A stretch of DNA of 64,000 nt from Epiperipatus broadwayi. Taxonomy: Eukaryota; Animalia; Onychophora. The stretch lies in NCBI GenBank assembly GCA_028023455.1, contig JAQFVV010000001.1, positions 24,862,001 through 24,926,000 of the forward strand, written 5' to 3'. The notes under the pieces were generated by a model. It saw nothing but the letters and a program-made list of their open reading frames with translations. It was not told the DNA's origin and ran no database searches. How positions within the stretch are numbered: the stretch's first letter is position 1; the number at the start of each line of letters is the position of its first letter. Shown in pieces: positions 26,295 to 39,667 of the stretch. The position numbers and the translations under genes are program-made.

Positions 26295-29200
26295 GGAACC
26301 AAGATTCTGGGACTGAAATCTTCTGATGATGATCTTCACTGCTCTTCAACTCATGGACATAATGACTGTAGCAACAATCTTAGAAAGAGCACACAGTCCT
26401 TTTTCTCTGGCTTTTTATATCGATTTCTTCTTTTGTTTTTCCTATCTTTTTTGGAGCAATTTGACTTTTGCTTTAATTAGTTTGCTTAATTAATTTACAT
26501 ATTCATCTTAGGTTTATATTACACATGCAATTAATTACTTAGGAATTCATTTCCGTATAAGGTAATTCATAAGTCTATTCAATTAATTAATATATACATG
26601 CATCTAATTAAAAGCTTTTATTTTTTATACTTCCTTTAATTAAACATTTCTTTTCAATGATTTATTTAGCAGCATTATTAAGTTTAAAATATTATTTAAT
26701 ATTTTGCAACAAGCAATATAAACAAATCATTTTCTTATAATTTTTAGCAAAAATTTTTTTAAAAAAATTATTGCAAATTTGTATTTTTTCTATTGCTATA
26801 ATTGTAACTAAATAATTAAACACATATTCTGATATTGAAAAAAAAACTGAATTTTTTTAATGACTTTATTTTATTTACAAAATTCCCATGTGTTTCAACA
26901 TTCATCTCTGAAATGTGTTAACATTTTTATTGTCTAATTCATATAATTGCTTTTTTATTTTTAACATTTATTTTAATTATCACTGAAATATTTGAAAACT
27001 GCATTGTAATGAAAAATGAAAAATAGGGAAATGCTTATTAAATACGTGTAGGAAATTTATTTTTATTTTTTAATGGTCTGCATTATGATTAATTAAGTAA
27101 TTTTAATATTGTAATTAATTTCTAAAAGGTAGTACCTTTCTTATATTGTTTTTTATGTGTGTGAAGACTGGGGGAGAACAATTTGTGTTGATACTAGTTT
27201 GTCTTTTTTTTATATTTTAATAATAACTTTTTTTTTTCTTATACTTAATATTGTCTTTTAAAATATGATTATAATTAGTGTATGGATGAAGCGATACAAT
27301 GATTAACATACTAAAATATATAAATATTGAATAAAAGAATTAAGTTCTCTTTTACGATAATATAATCTTGATTAAATATAAAGAATATATTTAAAACTAT
27401 AAAAGGCATATATTTTATTCCCAAAATTATCAATGCATTGGCCAAATATTTGATCATAGATTTTGCTACAAATGATTTTTTGAATGGGATCTACAATTTT
27501 AGACTACATATTATCTTTCTTTTGTGATGCCATAATAACAAAATTTGGAGATTAAGTTTGATATCCAAAAGCTGATTTTTCTAATTGAAGGAGTTTTTAT
27601 TTCATTATTTTATCAGATGGTTTCATCAAAGATAAAAGCAGTTCTATTTGTAATAATGAGTCTTTTATTGGCATATTACAGTCTTATAAAATATAAATTA
27701 TAATGCTTCATAAGTTTAATTCTACTGATGGTTTTTACAATTTAATAATTTAAAATAAATATCTATCTATTAAGTGCTGATATGATTTGATGGACTGTTT
27801 TTCCAAGATCTTGGTTTAACCTATGACTAATCATTAAATTATAAAATGATCTTCTTGTAGTGTCTATTAATATTGTCTGTGTTAATGTCAGCCAAAATTA
27901 TTAAGAGAATTAATACTGATTTATTGTGAGCCATCATTATTAACAAAATTATTGACTATAGTATTGTCTGCAATAAGGAGATTATCAAGTTTCTTTTTGC
28001 ATCCAAATTAATACATTTAATCTTATGGATTATTAAGTATTTTTATAAATGATAGATTGAAATATAAAATATATTAACAACAAGTAATTAAATCTTAATT
28101 GGATTGTGTGCATGTTGTAATGGTCAGCGTGTTGTAGTATAGTTGCATATGATTTTGCATTTATATTAGTGTGACTATAGTTAAAAGTCTTCTGAGAATA
28201 GGCAAGCCTACAAGTAGCTTTGTAAATCTCTTGTGAGCCTACTCTTAAATTCCAATCTTATTAAATTGAAAATTACAGAGACCATGTTCCTTTGTAAGTA
28301 TTAGCTGATAGGTATAATCATTATAATGGGTGATACCGAACTACATGACAGACTTGGAATAATATTATTAAAGTAAATTACTAAAGAAGTTCCCTTTCCC
28401 TCACGCTTTCAGATATGTTGAACTTTCATGTGATTGTTTAATATGATGTATGCAATTAAATGAAAAATGTAACATATTTATCATACCTCATTCTTCCAGT
28501 GATCTTCATTCTTCTCTATTATGTTATCATACATGGTAGCTATCTTTTTTATTTTATAGACATTTTCAATTATGCACGTATATCTGCAACATACATAGCT
28601 ATTAAATTTTCATATTTAAAATGAACTAGTATTTAATATCTAAAGACACAGAATCATTCTTAATAGCAAAAATTAAATAAATTTATTAACAATAAAATAA
28701 AATCGAACATGATAATAACACTTTTCTTATATCAGATCTATGAAAGCTGATTAATATTCAGCATAAATGTATTAAAATATTATTCTTAAATATATCGTTT
28801 TTTTGATTATCATTAGCTTATTTCATTTATCAGATTAATGTCCTAGTAACTTAATATCATAGCTAGATATATTTGCTTAATTGATATGTAATTAAAGATA
28901 CATTATTATTATAACTGGAACATTATAAAAACTAATCTCAATTTCTTATATTAATTAAAATAATTATCTCTTTAAATCCTAAGATGTCATCTTTAATTTA
29001 AAAAAAAAATTACAAGAAATATAATTTTTGATATATTTTCTATTTTATTAGAATAAATATAAATATTTACATGTTATTAGAAAGAGAAAATATGAATGAA
29101 TGTAATAAAGCTGATAAAATAGTCATTACCTAAAAAAAAAAAATTAAAAAAAAAGAGATTTTTAACACTTTTAAACATTATTATTTTTACATTACTTCAC

Positions 29201-29579
29201 AAATTCTAAATTTTGAAAGTTATATGTTAAAATTATAATTTTATAGACAGCTTCATCACATTTGTCATAAAATGCTAAAAAAAAATAGTATATAACATGA
29301 CCTACCTGAGACAGATTTTCATGATAAAATGTAGGAAAAGGAGACAATTGTTAACTTATTTTTGGTAGCAGTCCCAGTTATTGTCCTTGCATGCAGGGTA
29401 TCTTCTAGTCCTTCCATGCAGGATATCTATTAGAAATGCTAGGTTTTAGTGAGGGCAAAAAAAAATAACAATAAGAACTTTAAATCAATTATTTTATATA
29501 GCGTGATGTTTATAAACTGTAATATTTAAACAGCATTAAACTGTTGCACATGTGCTTTGCAGATTTTAAATATAAATGA

Positions 29580-29700
29580 CTGAATACTAACACTTCAAAC
29601 ACATGATAAAGTCTTTGGAAAAGATAGAGTGGCCATCTATCCTTTCGAACCCAAACGCTTTTGTATGGGCAAATCTTAAGTGTTTGAAAGTGAAAGCATG
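29580..29700. mobile_element. Internal fragment of the MITE family also seen at 15690-15790 and 46700-46820
   Basis: Shared core agatttgcc(t/c)ata...aaagatagatggccactctatcttt..aaagactttatc(a/t)tgtgtt; here in reverse orientation. Confidence 0.45.
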
Positions 29701-29996
29701 AAGAACTTTAGTAAATTGGAAATTATGGAAAAAATATAATTAATTACTATATTATTGAAAAATGGGGTGGTGGGCGAGACGTAAAATATGTATTCTTTTC
29801 AAGCAAAAAGCGTATTCAAAAAAATAAATATCAAACAAAGAAAAATTTCTCTACAATAAAAACAAAGTACATCAATAAACAGCAAAATAAACAAAATTAT
29901 TACAAGCACTCATTATATATATGTGTAGTAGATAATGATGCAGACTGCCTGATGCATACTGGTTTAGCATAAAATATGCATATTAAGGATCATTAA

Positions 29997-31895
29997 TCCT
30001 TTTCACATGTGTAGTCATGTATATCAGTTGTCTGAAATAGATTTGAGGGAGCTTGAAAGTCTTTTCAAATACTTGGAAAATATAAATAGATGAAGAAAAT
30101 CAAGAGAAAAATAACAGTGAAGATACATATTGTAAACCATAAGTAATTCAAGACCTTGAAGTAAAGTTCAAATTGTCTAACTTAAAACTGAAAAAAACAA
30201 GACTTACAAAATTGCAACAAATGAACAATAATATAAATAAAATCGTGATATATCTTATTTATTGCAGGACCAAGTTAGAGATATGGTTCTCGGTGTACAT
30301 GTGCACCAGGATAGATTGTGGTTGTATGGGTTGAGGTATCTGAGCTGTGTGACTATAAAACTGCAACAAATGAATATAATGTTACTATAATCAAGCAATA
30401 AATGAACAATAGTATAAATAAAATCATGACATATCTTACCTATTGCAGGTCCAAGTAGAGATATGGTTCTCGGTCTACATGTGCATCAGGGTGGATTGAG
30501 TCATCTGAGCTGTGTGACTACAAAATTGCAACATATGAATATAATGTTAATATAATCATGCAATAATAAATGAACAATAATATAAATAAAATCATGATAT
30601 ATCTTACCTATTGCTGAACCAAATAGGAATATGATTCTGAGCCTGTCTGTGTGCCATAGGTGTTGTAGTTGGTAGGATAGAAGATTTATAAAGGCGTTTG
30701 AGCTGTGGTGCATCTGGTATGATAAGCAGCAAAGCAACCTCTCTCTTCACTCCTACACAAGGGGATGCATCCACATTCCACGTAGCCAAAATAAGTTGCT
30801 TGACATGCTTTGTTTTTCAGGCATGCAGTGCACCTCCTTTTGATGAGTTTATTATGGCTGCACAGATCAGCTATAGTATGGCACTCAGATGGAATCTGAA
30901 GATGCGATATTACTAAAGGCTTCATTTTCCTGGTTGTGTATTCACTATTAAGGCTGGCTGATAAAGCTTTTCTATATTCCAGGTGTTATGTAGGCTGCAT
31001 TTGCTTTTGGGGCATGTATAGTGTGTATAAAATGTAGGAATAAGTAATAGCTGTATCAAAACAATACAATGCCACAGTAAGTGCATAGGCCAATGCTTAG
31101 ACGTTCTATTTCCAGCCATATGCAGTTCGCTTCTGGTTTGTTAAGTCAACCCCACTGATGAAAAAGTCGTATTTTTTAATTGCATTTGGACATGGATATG
31201 TATGTCATGCACCATCCTTATGTGTTCTAACAACAGCACCACCTCCAGATAGTGGATAGGCATTATTGAGTATAACAATTGGCTTCTTATCCATCCAAAC
31301 TAGAAACTCAAGACCACTGTCAATTACAGAATGGAAGTCTCCTCTCTTCATCTGTTTATAATTTTTAGCTTTTTCATAGATGCTACCTGGAATACCCTTC
31401 CTATCAACTTTCAGCGTGCCACAACAAGAGATTTTACTTGTAGACAGCTTTTGTGGTAATCGTACACTAGTAAAATATCCACAAAAAAGAATATTCTGTT
31501 TAGCAAGTTGTGGCAAAACCACTGACAGCACTGCTCGGAATCCCAGATTTAGGCCAGCATTTGTAGTTGCACTTTCGCCTGTATACAACTCCATATGGTA
31601 CACATATCCATTATGGTTATATGTACAGACCCACCATTTGAAGCATCACTTTATTGGTTTTGAGGCATCAAACTGTTTCATGGTGATACGATCCTTAAAT
31701 TTAGTAATTGCTTCATCAACTGCTACTTCTTGGTGCATCTGATATGCTGCCTTGAAATTAACTTTACAGTGATTGGCCTGATTTTATAAATTCTATCATG
31801 CTCTTTACTAGTAATTGGTGGCATAGATTTATTGTCATTAAAATGCCAAATTATTTAGAAATTTCAAAAAATTGATCTCGGGTCATAACTTTAGT
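29997..31895 (-). mobile_element. piggyBac transposon, 3' portion (PGBD4-like transposase pseudogene; 5' part lost at the Gypsy B LTR junction)
   Basis: Minus strand: DRIYKIRP..EVAVDEAITKFKDR..MKQF..KPIK, YHMELYTG..YFTSVRL..CGTLKVDRKGIP..MKRGD..VWMDKKPI, and the C-terminal Cys-rich RRCTAC..CGCIPLC..RGCFAAYH. TTAA at 29993-29996 is followed by a TCCTTT (CCCTTT-like) end. Confidence 0.9.
30215..30720. repeat. Three diverged 170-180-bp tandem units in the piggyBac 3' region
   Basis: aataatataaataaaatc.tga.atatctta..tattgc recurs at about 30230, 30410 and 30580. Confidence 0.8.
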
Positions 31896-33080
31896 CAATT
31901 AAGCAATCTTTGAGATTTAAAATTTATATTATGAGCTTTCCTTTATTTATTTAATTCAACCATATTTTTCTTATTTTCTTACACGCACATATTTTATTAT
32001 TTCTATGTGAATAAATAAAAGAGAGAACCTTAGTTTTATAACATAATAACTCTAATTTTTGGTAAATTCATTTTCTTTCTCCCTTTCATGCACACACTTC
32101 TGTTATTTATTTATGTATTTAAAATCAACATTACTTTACAAACACATTCCTCATTCTTAAATGAAATGGAGAGATTTTAGTTTTTAAGTTTTTTTAAATT
32201 TTACTAAGTTAAATTTTTCCCCTTCTAATCACTGTTTAATTTGCAAAAACTTTATGAATGATGCAGGATTTAGATTCCGCCGCGCGAACTGCATTTTTAA
32301 AATAAAACTCTTCAACTTTCTAAATAACATTTTTTTCTTAAACTTATTCTAAATTATATTATTATTTATTGAACCTTTAATCATTTCTTTTGACAAAACT
32401 TATTTTAGTCATTTATTGGTAACTGATTCTGCAGTGATTTTTATTTATTAAATTTTAATTTTAAAATCTTTACATTGTTTATGCAATTTTTTATTTTAAT
32501 AATTTTAGACAAAATTATTATAAATATGTAACGCGTGGTTAGCGGCACATTACACCATCCCCTGCTAAGAGAAAAGTGTGTCATTTTGACCATTTTTTAT
32601 CTCTAATGACCCTTTTACTAACCTTTAACTATTTACATTAACTGTTATTGACATTAGACCATTATTTCCCTTCCCCACTTTTTTATTATTATTACCTCCT
32701 GTCTGGTGGTTGTTTTTCCCTTTTTACTAATCTTAATGACTGGACGTTATATGCTCCCTTTTCTTCCACCCCCTGCGCTACCACAAATGCATTTTATTGC
32801 CATATTTCCACTTGATTACATATGGGCCATCGAAAATTGGCTGGAATTTTTTCTATATATGTTTTTCAGGATGACTCACAGGATGAACTTTCACCATGAC
32901 CTCATCTCCTATTCTGAATATGGCTTTAGCTTCTCCCTGCTTCTTCTGTCTTAATTTGCCCATTTTTTAAAAGCCGGTTGAGTGCTTACTCAGCATCCTT
33001 TCTCTTGTTTATTGGATTCATCCCCATTGGCAACCTGGTCTCAAATGGGTATGGGATATTTTTCCCAAAATGTAGTCGAA

Positions 33081-33273
33081 CAGATTCAAACCCTGTGGAT
33101 TCATTTCTTGAATAATTTATCATGTTAACTATTCATGGGATTTCCTTCACCCATATGCAATTATCATCTTGTAAAATGTACAGGTTCAAACCCTGTGGAT
33201 TCGTTTCTTGATTAGTTTATCATGTTAACTATTCATGGGATTTCCTTCACCCATCTACAATGATCATCTTGTA
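33081..33273. repeat. 100-bp tandem duplication inside the Gypsy B integrase
   Basis: cag(a/g)ttcaaaccctgtggattc at 33081 and 33181. Confidence 0.9.
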
Positions 33274-33366
33274 TATAAACACGAAATAAATGCCCCAACT
33301 CCCTCATATATGTCCGTTCATATGGAGATTTGACTGAGGTTACGAATTGTAGTAAGTTTATGTTTT

Positions 33367-33526
33367 ATTCCATGCCTATTCATCCATTTCTTCCATTTGT
33401 TACATACAAAGGGCATTCCGTGATCTGACAAGATTTTGTCCGGGATATTCCATGCCTATTCGTCCATTTCTTCCATTTTCTAGATACAAAGGGCATTCCA
33501 TGATCTGACAAGATTTTGTCAGGGAT
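33367..33526. repeat. 80-bp tandem duplication of the integrase second catalytic Asp motif (PDKILSDHGMPF)
   Basis: attccatgcctatt at 33367 and 33447. Confidence 0.9.
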
Positions 33527-36500
33527 TCCTACAGTCTTAAAGTGCTGTTGTTCCAAGACCCGAATAGTTTGTTTTGTGTTAGCTTGAGTTACTGATATGC
33601 AGCTACCAACTTCGAAAACACATCATATGCCACAATGAAGTATTTCATTTTATTGAATGGAAGCAAAAGTCCATAGAAGTCTATCGCTAGTAAGCTATTC
33701 GGATGTTGGGTGTTTATAGGTTGCAGTGGCCCTACTCCCAATGTGTTAGGAGGCTTGGTTGTTAAATATACTGTGCATTTGCCAATGATGTCTGCAATAC
33801 TGGCATACATTTCTGGGCAGTAGAACCAATGACCCAGCCATACCTCAGCTTTACCCCATATTGTCTGTAAGTTTCTTGCACATATTTAATTATCTGCTTC
33901 TTCATAGCAATCAGAAGAATAATGCACATTTGTTTCTTTCTCCGAAATACACACTGTAAGAGTCCTTCCTTCAAACAAGGGTGGTTTCTGTCCCTCCATA
34001 ACAAATTATTTGCCATTTTCATTACAGGATTATGGCTTAAATACTCCATTATTTGTTTGCAGTCATTGTCTTCTCCTTACTGCTCCTTTAACCTTCACAA
34101 GTCGTCTTCTGTTCCATTTTTTTTGCAGATTTTAGCTGCAGCTATATACGCTCTGTCGCAACTTAAGTGTTAAGCCAATAAATATCACATGAATATGTAT
34201 AGAGAGTTTTGCCTGTTTTGATAGTGTCTGCATAATATTTTTTTTACCACAACAGTATGCCACTTTGTAATTAAATTCCTGCAGAAACAAGCTCCATCTT
34301 ATTAACCTGCTGTTATTCAAGAAGCTATGGTTAAGAAACTCGAGACTCTTATGGTTAATAATTACTACTATCTCAGAGCCTATTAAATACTGTGGGAACT
34401 TCTTAAGTGCCCATACAACCTCTAGGGCTTCTTTTTCAATTACAGTATAGTTCACTTCTGGTCCCTTCAATAAGTGGCTAATGAAACAAAGGACCCTATG
34501 CTGACCTCTTTCTTGCACCTGAAACAGCGTGCCCCCCAATCCAAATCTACTGCTGTCCATTTGTACAAAGAATGGTTTGTTGATATCTGGATTTGACAGC
34601 ATAACTTTATTTAAAAATTCTGCCTTCACCCTTTGGAAACTATGCTCATGCTGTTCGTTCCACGTCCATGATTTCTCCTTTCTTAATAACTGCAATAACG
34701 GCTCCATGTCAAATGAAAATTTTTTATAGAATCGATTGTAGAAGTTACATAACCCAAGAAAAGATTTAATACGTTTTTTATTCTGAGGCGTAAGAAACTC
34801 CTGAATTGCTTGGATTTTTTCAAGATTAGATTGACCTAAAAACTGGATCTTGGTAGTCATCATTTTACTCTTATTCAAATTAATTCTAATTCTTTTTTCT
34901 CACACTCACCCAGCAACAGTTTTAAATGCATAAAATGCTCCTCTATACTCTACGAAGTCACCATGTTGTCTTCCGCATACATTAAAATTAAACTAAATAT
35001 CCTCCACAACACCTGATCCAGACATTGGACAAGCCCCACTCCATTATTTTTAAGCCAGAAGGGAATCCGGTTAAAATTATACGCACGTCCATTATATTTA
35101 AATGCAGTACATTTCCGATCCTTTGGGTGAAGTTTAATTTGCCAATAACTGTCTGTTAAGTCGAACGTCGAAAATATTTTTTTTTTTTGAACTTTGGTTA
35201 ACAATTCATTCATAGGTGGAGGAGCATTAGTATCAGGTATTGTTATCTTATCTAGTTGCCGGGCATCCAAACACAACCGAATTGATCCATCTTTTTTTTT
35301 TACCGTTACGATGAAATTCTTAAAGGGAGACAAACATTTGGATATGATTCCCCATTTAAGCATTTTGTCTATCTGTTCTTCTACTTCGTGTTTATATTGA
35401 TGTGGTATAGGATGAGTGCGTGCTTGATACGGCTGATCTTTCATGAGCCTATCCTGTGTTCATACCCTTGGATCACCCTGGGAATCTCAGAAAATAAGCT
35501 CTCATATCTGTTTAGTAACCTCTTCAATTGGTCCCTTTGATTATTATTTATGTATCTTGATTCATTCACTGTTTTCCCTATCTCTATTTTCATTCCCACG
35601 CGTTGTGTGCAACCTTCTTTATTCATCTTTTTGGTGTTTTGTAAATGGAATTATTGTGCTGTTTATTTCTGCCTGACCTTGTTTATAATCCAATACACAG
35701 CCTGATTTGTACATAAAGTCCGAACCTAATATGACCTCGTGAATCAGATCCTCCAGAATCAACAATACGTGGCTATATTCTCCCTCTGCCATGAGCATCT
35801 TCACCAATACCTGCTTTGATGCCAGCTTTGCCCTTTTACCATTATCCAGCAAAACCTATACCATTTTCATTGGCAATATTTTAATTTCCAGGTCAATGTA
35901 GCTTATTTTATTAAACATTTTCTGTGATATTACCGATATCTGACTTCCCAAATCGAATAACACACTAATCACAATCTCTTCTATTCTTGTCTCTACCTTC
36001 AGACAACTCTGAGGTGCCATTATTGGCATGCTTTCTTCTCCACTACACACCAGATTTGCTACTTGCATGCAGTCAGTTTCTGCATTTTCATCCTCATCCT
36101 GACTTTCCACCATCCTCCTATTGTTATCCAGCACCATTAATACCTCAGCCATCTGCTCCACCATTTCCTTGCAAGTCATTATTTGTTTTACATTTCCAGG
36201 TAAACTGTTCCTAACTATTCGCATGATCTGTTGCTCCAACAATGGGTATGCTGTGATTGCTCTCAATTTTGCTACTTGTCTACGAAAAAATGTAACAAGT
36301 AACTCCCCCAGTTGCCACTTATCCTGCACTACCTGGAGCTTAATCTTTTCCTGAAGCTCCTATCCCAATAATTTGCCAACAGTGACCGCTTGTATCAACG
36401 AACATTGCCGATTCTAAATGGTAATGAGTTTCTCCAGAGTTGAGCTTCTCCCCGTACATGACTGCAAGCTATGGCAATTCTTGTTTCCTCGCTTAATCTA

Positions 36501-39300
36501 TTTAAGATACAATAGCATTCCAGGCTCTCCAGGTGCTCATTTGGATCCTCCTCTCTGTTTTTTGAAAATGTTTTATTTTTAGCAACCGATTTACTGCCTC
36601 CATTTTATGTATGTGTGCCTATGTTTTTATATTCTCCTGTTCTTTTTCTACCATATCTAATCTTTTTATTAATGTCGCCAGCTCTATATCTTTATCCATT
36701 GTTACACTGTCTTTTCTTTGGCACACAATTTCACTTTACAAAAGACAACACAATATCTATTTATATCTCTTTGCATTCACACAAACAAATTCACAAAATA
36801 TTATTAAGCTGTTTATGTATTCTCTTAAATGGATCATATGACCGACTCCAACTCATTTAATTCTATTGTCTCAATTTACTTTTAATGCCTTTAGTCTGCT
36901 AAGAGCATCTATCTTCCTTTCTCTCTTTCCATTTAATTTTTTATAAATTTATCTGTTTTGGTCCGTTCTTTATTTTCCCCCAAATTATACCATGTTTTAC
37001 TTGTAATTATGCAATTTTCGTGTTTCTCTAAATCTTTATTTCCAAAACAATTTTTTAATTAATTTAGTTGAAATGTCATTTATGACAGTCCTGCATCCTC
37101 GTTGGGAAAGCTAATGAACCAGGTGGGAGTTGAATCGCTATGTCTTATAAATTACCTATTATATTGAAGCAATAAACAAAAGTAAAACTAGTGATTATTA
37201 TTTTAACTGAATGAATGAAAATAAATATTGTAATAAATTTATTTTCTTTAAATCTCATTCCACTCCAGCTGCATATTACAGTACCCAATCCCTCAGGTAG
37301 AGAAGAAATACCTGGAAGTACCTGTAGCCAGACTGAGCTTACACAAGGTATAATCTACAGCCACATTTCCAGGTTACATAACTTCTCAGCTGCTAAATTC
37401 AAATACCTGCCATCCAAAGCACTTTATTTGTTTTGAGAAGCTCAGGTGCCAGCTAATTACAGGAAGTAATTAACATGCCCTGGATGATGGCTACTAATTC
37501 AGCGCCTGATTTATCCCGCTTGCTCTTAAAGAGACAAATATAATAAACTACATGAATAACTTCTTTGCTAAATTGTTCTTAATGGTATAACTAAAAGAAT
37601 TGACCGACAATAATTAACAGACAAACACTTTTATTTTAAAATACTTTAAATAAGCTTATTACTAAAATTTATAAACTAATTTTATCATTTTTCAATAAAA
37701 TAAATAATGATCACATATATAATAGGCACACACACTCTTAATAAAATATACAATAATAATGTAATATCAATATTATGCATATGGAGCGCACACAAACTTG
37801 GAATTATAAGCTAATTATTTCATGATTTGGAAAGCTCTGTAACTATCTTTTTATTACATTAGGAGACATGTGAACCCACACATGCTATAGTTCATTATAT
37901 GCTGGCTATAGAGTTCATTTATGCTGACTCTGGGGATAGTTCAAAGATTCCAATGGCTACTTAATAAATTAATATCAGACTTAGGAATAGTAATAAGAAA
38001 AATAATATTACTTATAGGATTTTTGAAAGTCTCTGAGTGGGTGGGTTCTTGCTCCTGCTGCTACATGTAGTTTACCAACTGGTTGGATTTAAGTGGCTGG
38101 CAGTATCCTGACAAATTTTGGTTCTATGACGCAACTTAATTCAGGCAGTTAGACATTCTCCTTGACTTTATGGTCTGACTGCTGGTGTTTCCCAAGACTT
38201 GATATTGGAACTTGGTTGCATGCTCTGACTTCTGCTTAGTAAGCATGGTATTCATTTAAATTCACGAATCAAATACAATAACATGTTGAAGAATAAGAAT
38301 CTAGATAGATGAGTGAATCTAAATATGTGAATAAACCACGAATTTTCAGTCCTATTTATGTGATGCCATCTTGTTGTTTTTATCTTTTAATTAATTTTTT
38401 GATTCACTAATTATTCCCATTGTTCCAAATCCATCCGTTGATTATGCTGATTAAATTAGATAAAATTCATTTACTTGGTTTCGGTGTTTGTGAATTTTAA
38501 TTAATTAATTAGTAGCCATTGCTAATCCCATTCGTATGCAGTTTATCAATTAAGCAATCTTTGAGTTTTAAAATTTATATTATGAGCTTTATTATTTCTA
38601 TGTGAATAAATAAGAGAAAATCTTAGTTTTATAACATGATAAATCTAATTTTTGCTAAATTCATTTTCTTTCTCCCCTTCATGCATACACTCCTTTTATT
38701 TCTTTATGTATTTAAAATCAACATTACTTTACACACACATTCCTCATTCTTAAATGAAATGGGAAGAGAGATTTTAGTTTTTACGTGTTTTTTAAATTTT
38801 ACTAAGTTAAATCTCTTCCCGTCTAATCACTGTTTAATTTGCAAAAACTTTATGAATGATGCAGGATTTAGATTCCCCCATGCGAACTGCATTTTTAAAA
38901 GAAAACTCTTCAACTTTCTAAATAACATTTCTTTCTTAAACTTATTCTAAATTATATTATTATTTATTGAACCTTTAATCATTTCTTTTGACAAAACTTA
39001 CTTTAGTCATTTATTGGTAACTGATTCTGCAGTGGTTTTTATTTATTAAATTTTAGTTTTAAAATCTTTACGTTGTTTATGGAATTTTTCATTTTAATAA
39101 TTTTAGACAAAATTATTACGGACATGTAACACTTGATTAGCAATACAATATATATTATTATAACTGAAATACAGCCTGTTATATACCTGTATCAATGTAT
39201 GTAATATATAGGGTATATGTGCACAGACTTTCACATGACACCACTCACCACTTTATCTCATATCACTGATACACTTTAACACATATATGTCAAAAAGATA

Positions 39301-39360
39301 AATAATCACCAATATACATATTTCATGCTAAACCAGCAATCATCAGTTGTCCAGATTATC
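39301..39360 (-). ncRNA. Minimal type I hammerhead ribozyme motif (PLE-type)
   Basis: Minus strand ATAATC-TGGA-CAA CTGATGA T-TGCT-GGTTT-AGCA-T GAAA TATGT ATA/ TTG-GT-GATTAT. The core CUGAUGA and GAAA are intact; stem II has 4 bp, stem I has 9 bp with an internal loop, and helix III is 2 bp with a near-palindromic ATATGTAT. Confidence 0.7.
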
Positions 39361-39607
39361 ATCTCCACACACATATATGCAATAAGTGCTCAAATATATA
39401 TTAAGATAGCCAATCTTCATACTTTAATGGACAGGCTTCAATCCACTCCACACTCCAACTTTTCAACTGTCCATCCAATTGAAGATCTGAATTCGATGGA
39501 TGGTTGAAGAGTTGGAGTGTGGAGTGGATTGAAGCCTGTCCATTAAAGTATGAAGATTGGCTATCTTAATATATATCTGAGCACTTATTGCATATAGGTG
39601 TGGAGAT

Positions 39608-39667
39608 GGTAATCTGGACAAACTGATGATTGCTGGTTTATCATGAAATATTTATATTGGTGTTTAT
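39608..39667 (+). ncRNA. Minimal hammerhead motif, sense to TAF1B, with weakened stems
   Basis: CTGATGA at 39623-39629 and GAAA at 39645-39648. The stem II AGCA is changed to ATCA, and there is an extra A in stem I. Confidence 0.6.

Larger units (their letters stand above)
31895..39147 (-). mobile_element. Ty3/Gypsy LTR retrotransposon B, near complete but pseudogenised (gag, PR, RT, RNase H, INT); left LTR truncated
   Basis: Minus-strand order: gag (35856-36329 and upstream), protease LFDLGSQ, RT (34950-35444; RLCLDARQLDK, FDLTDSYWQI, YAEDNMV), RNase H (34132-34878; QMDSSRFGLGG, YTVIEKEALEVVWALKKF), integrase (LAIDFYG, ILSDHG). LTR homology 31900-32554 versus 38545-39147. PPT agcaggggatgg is adjacent to 32554. 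Confidence 0.95.
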
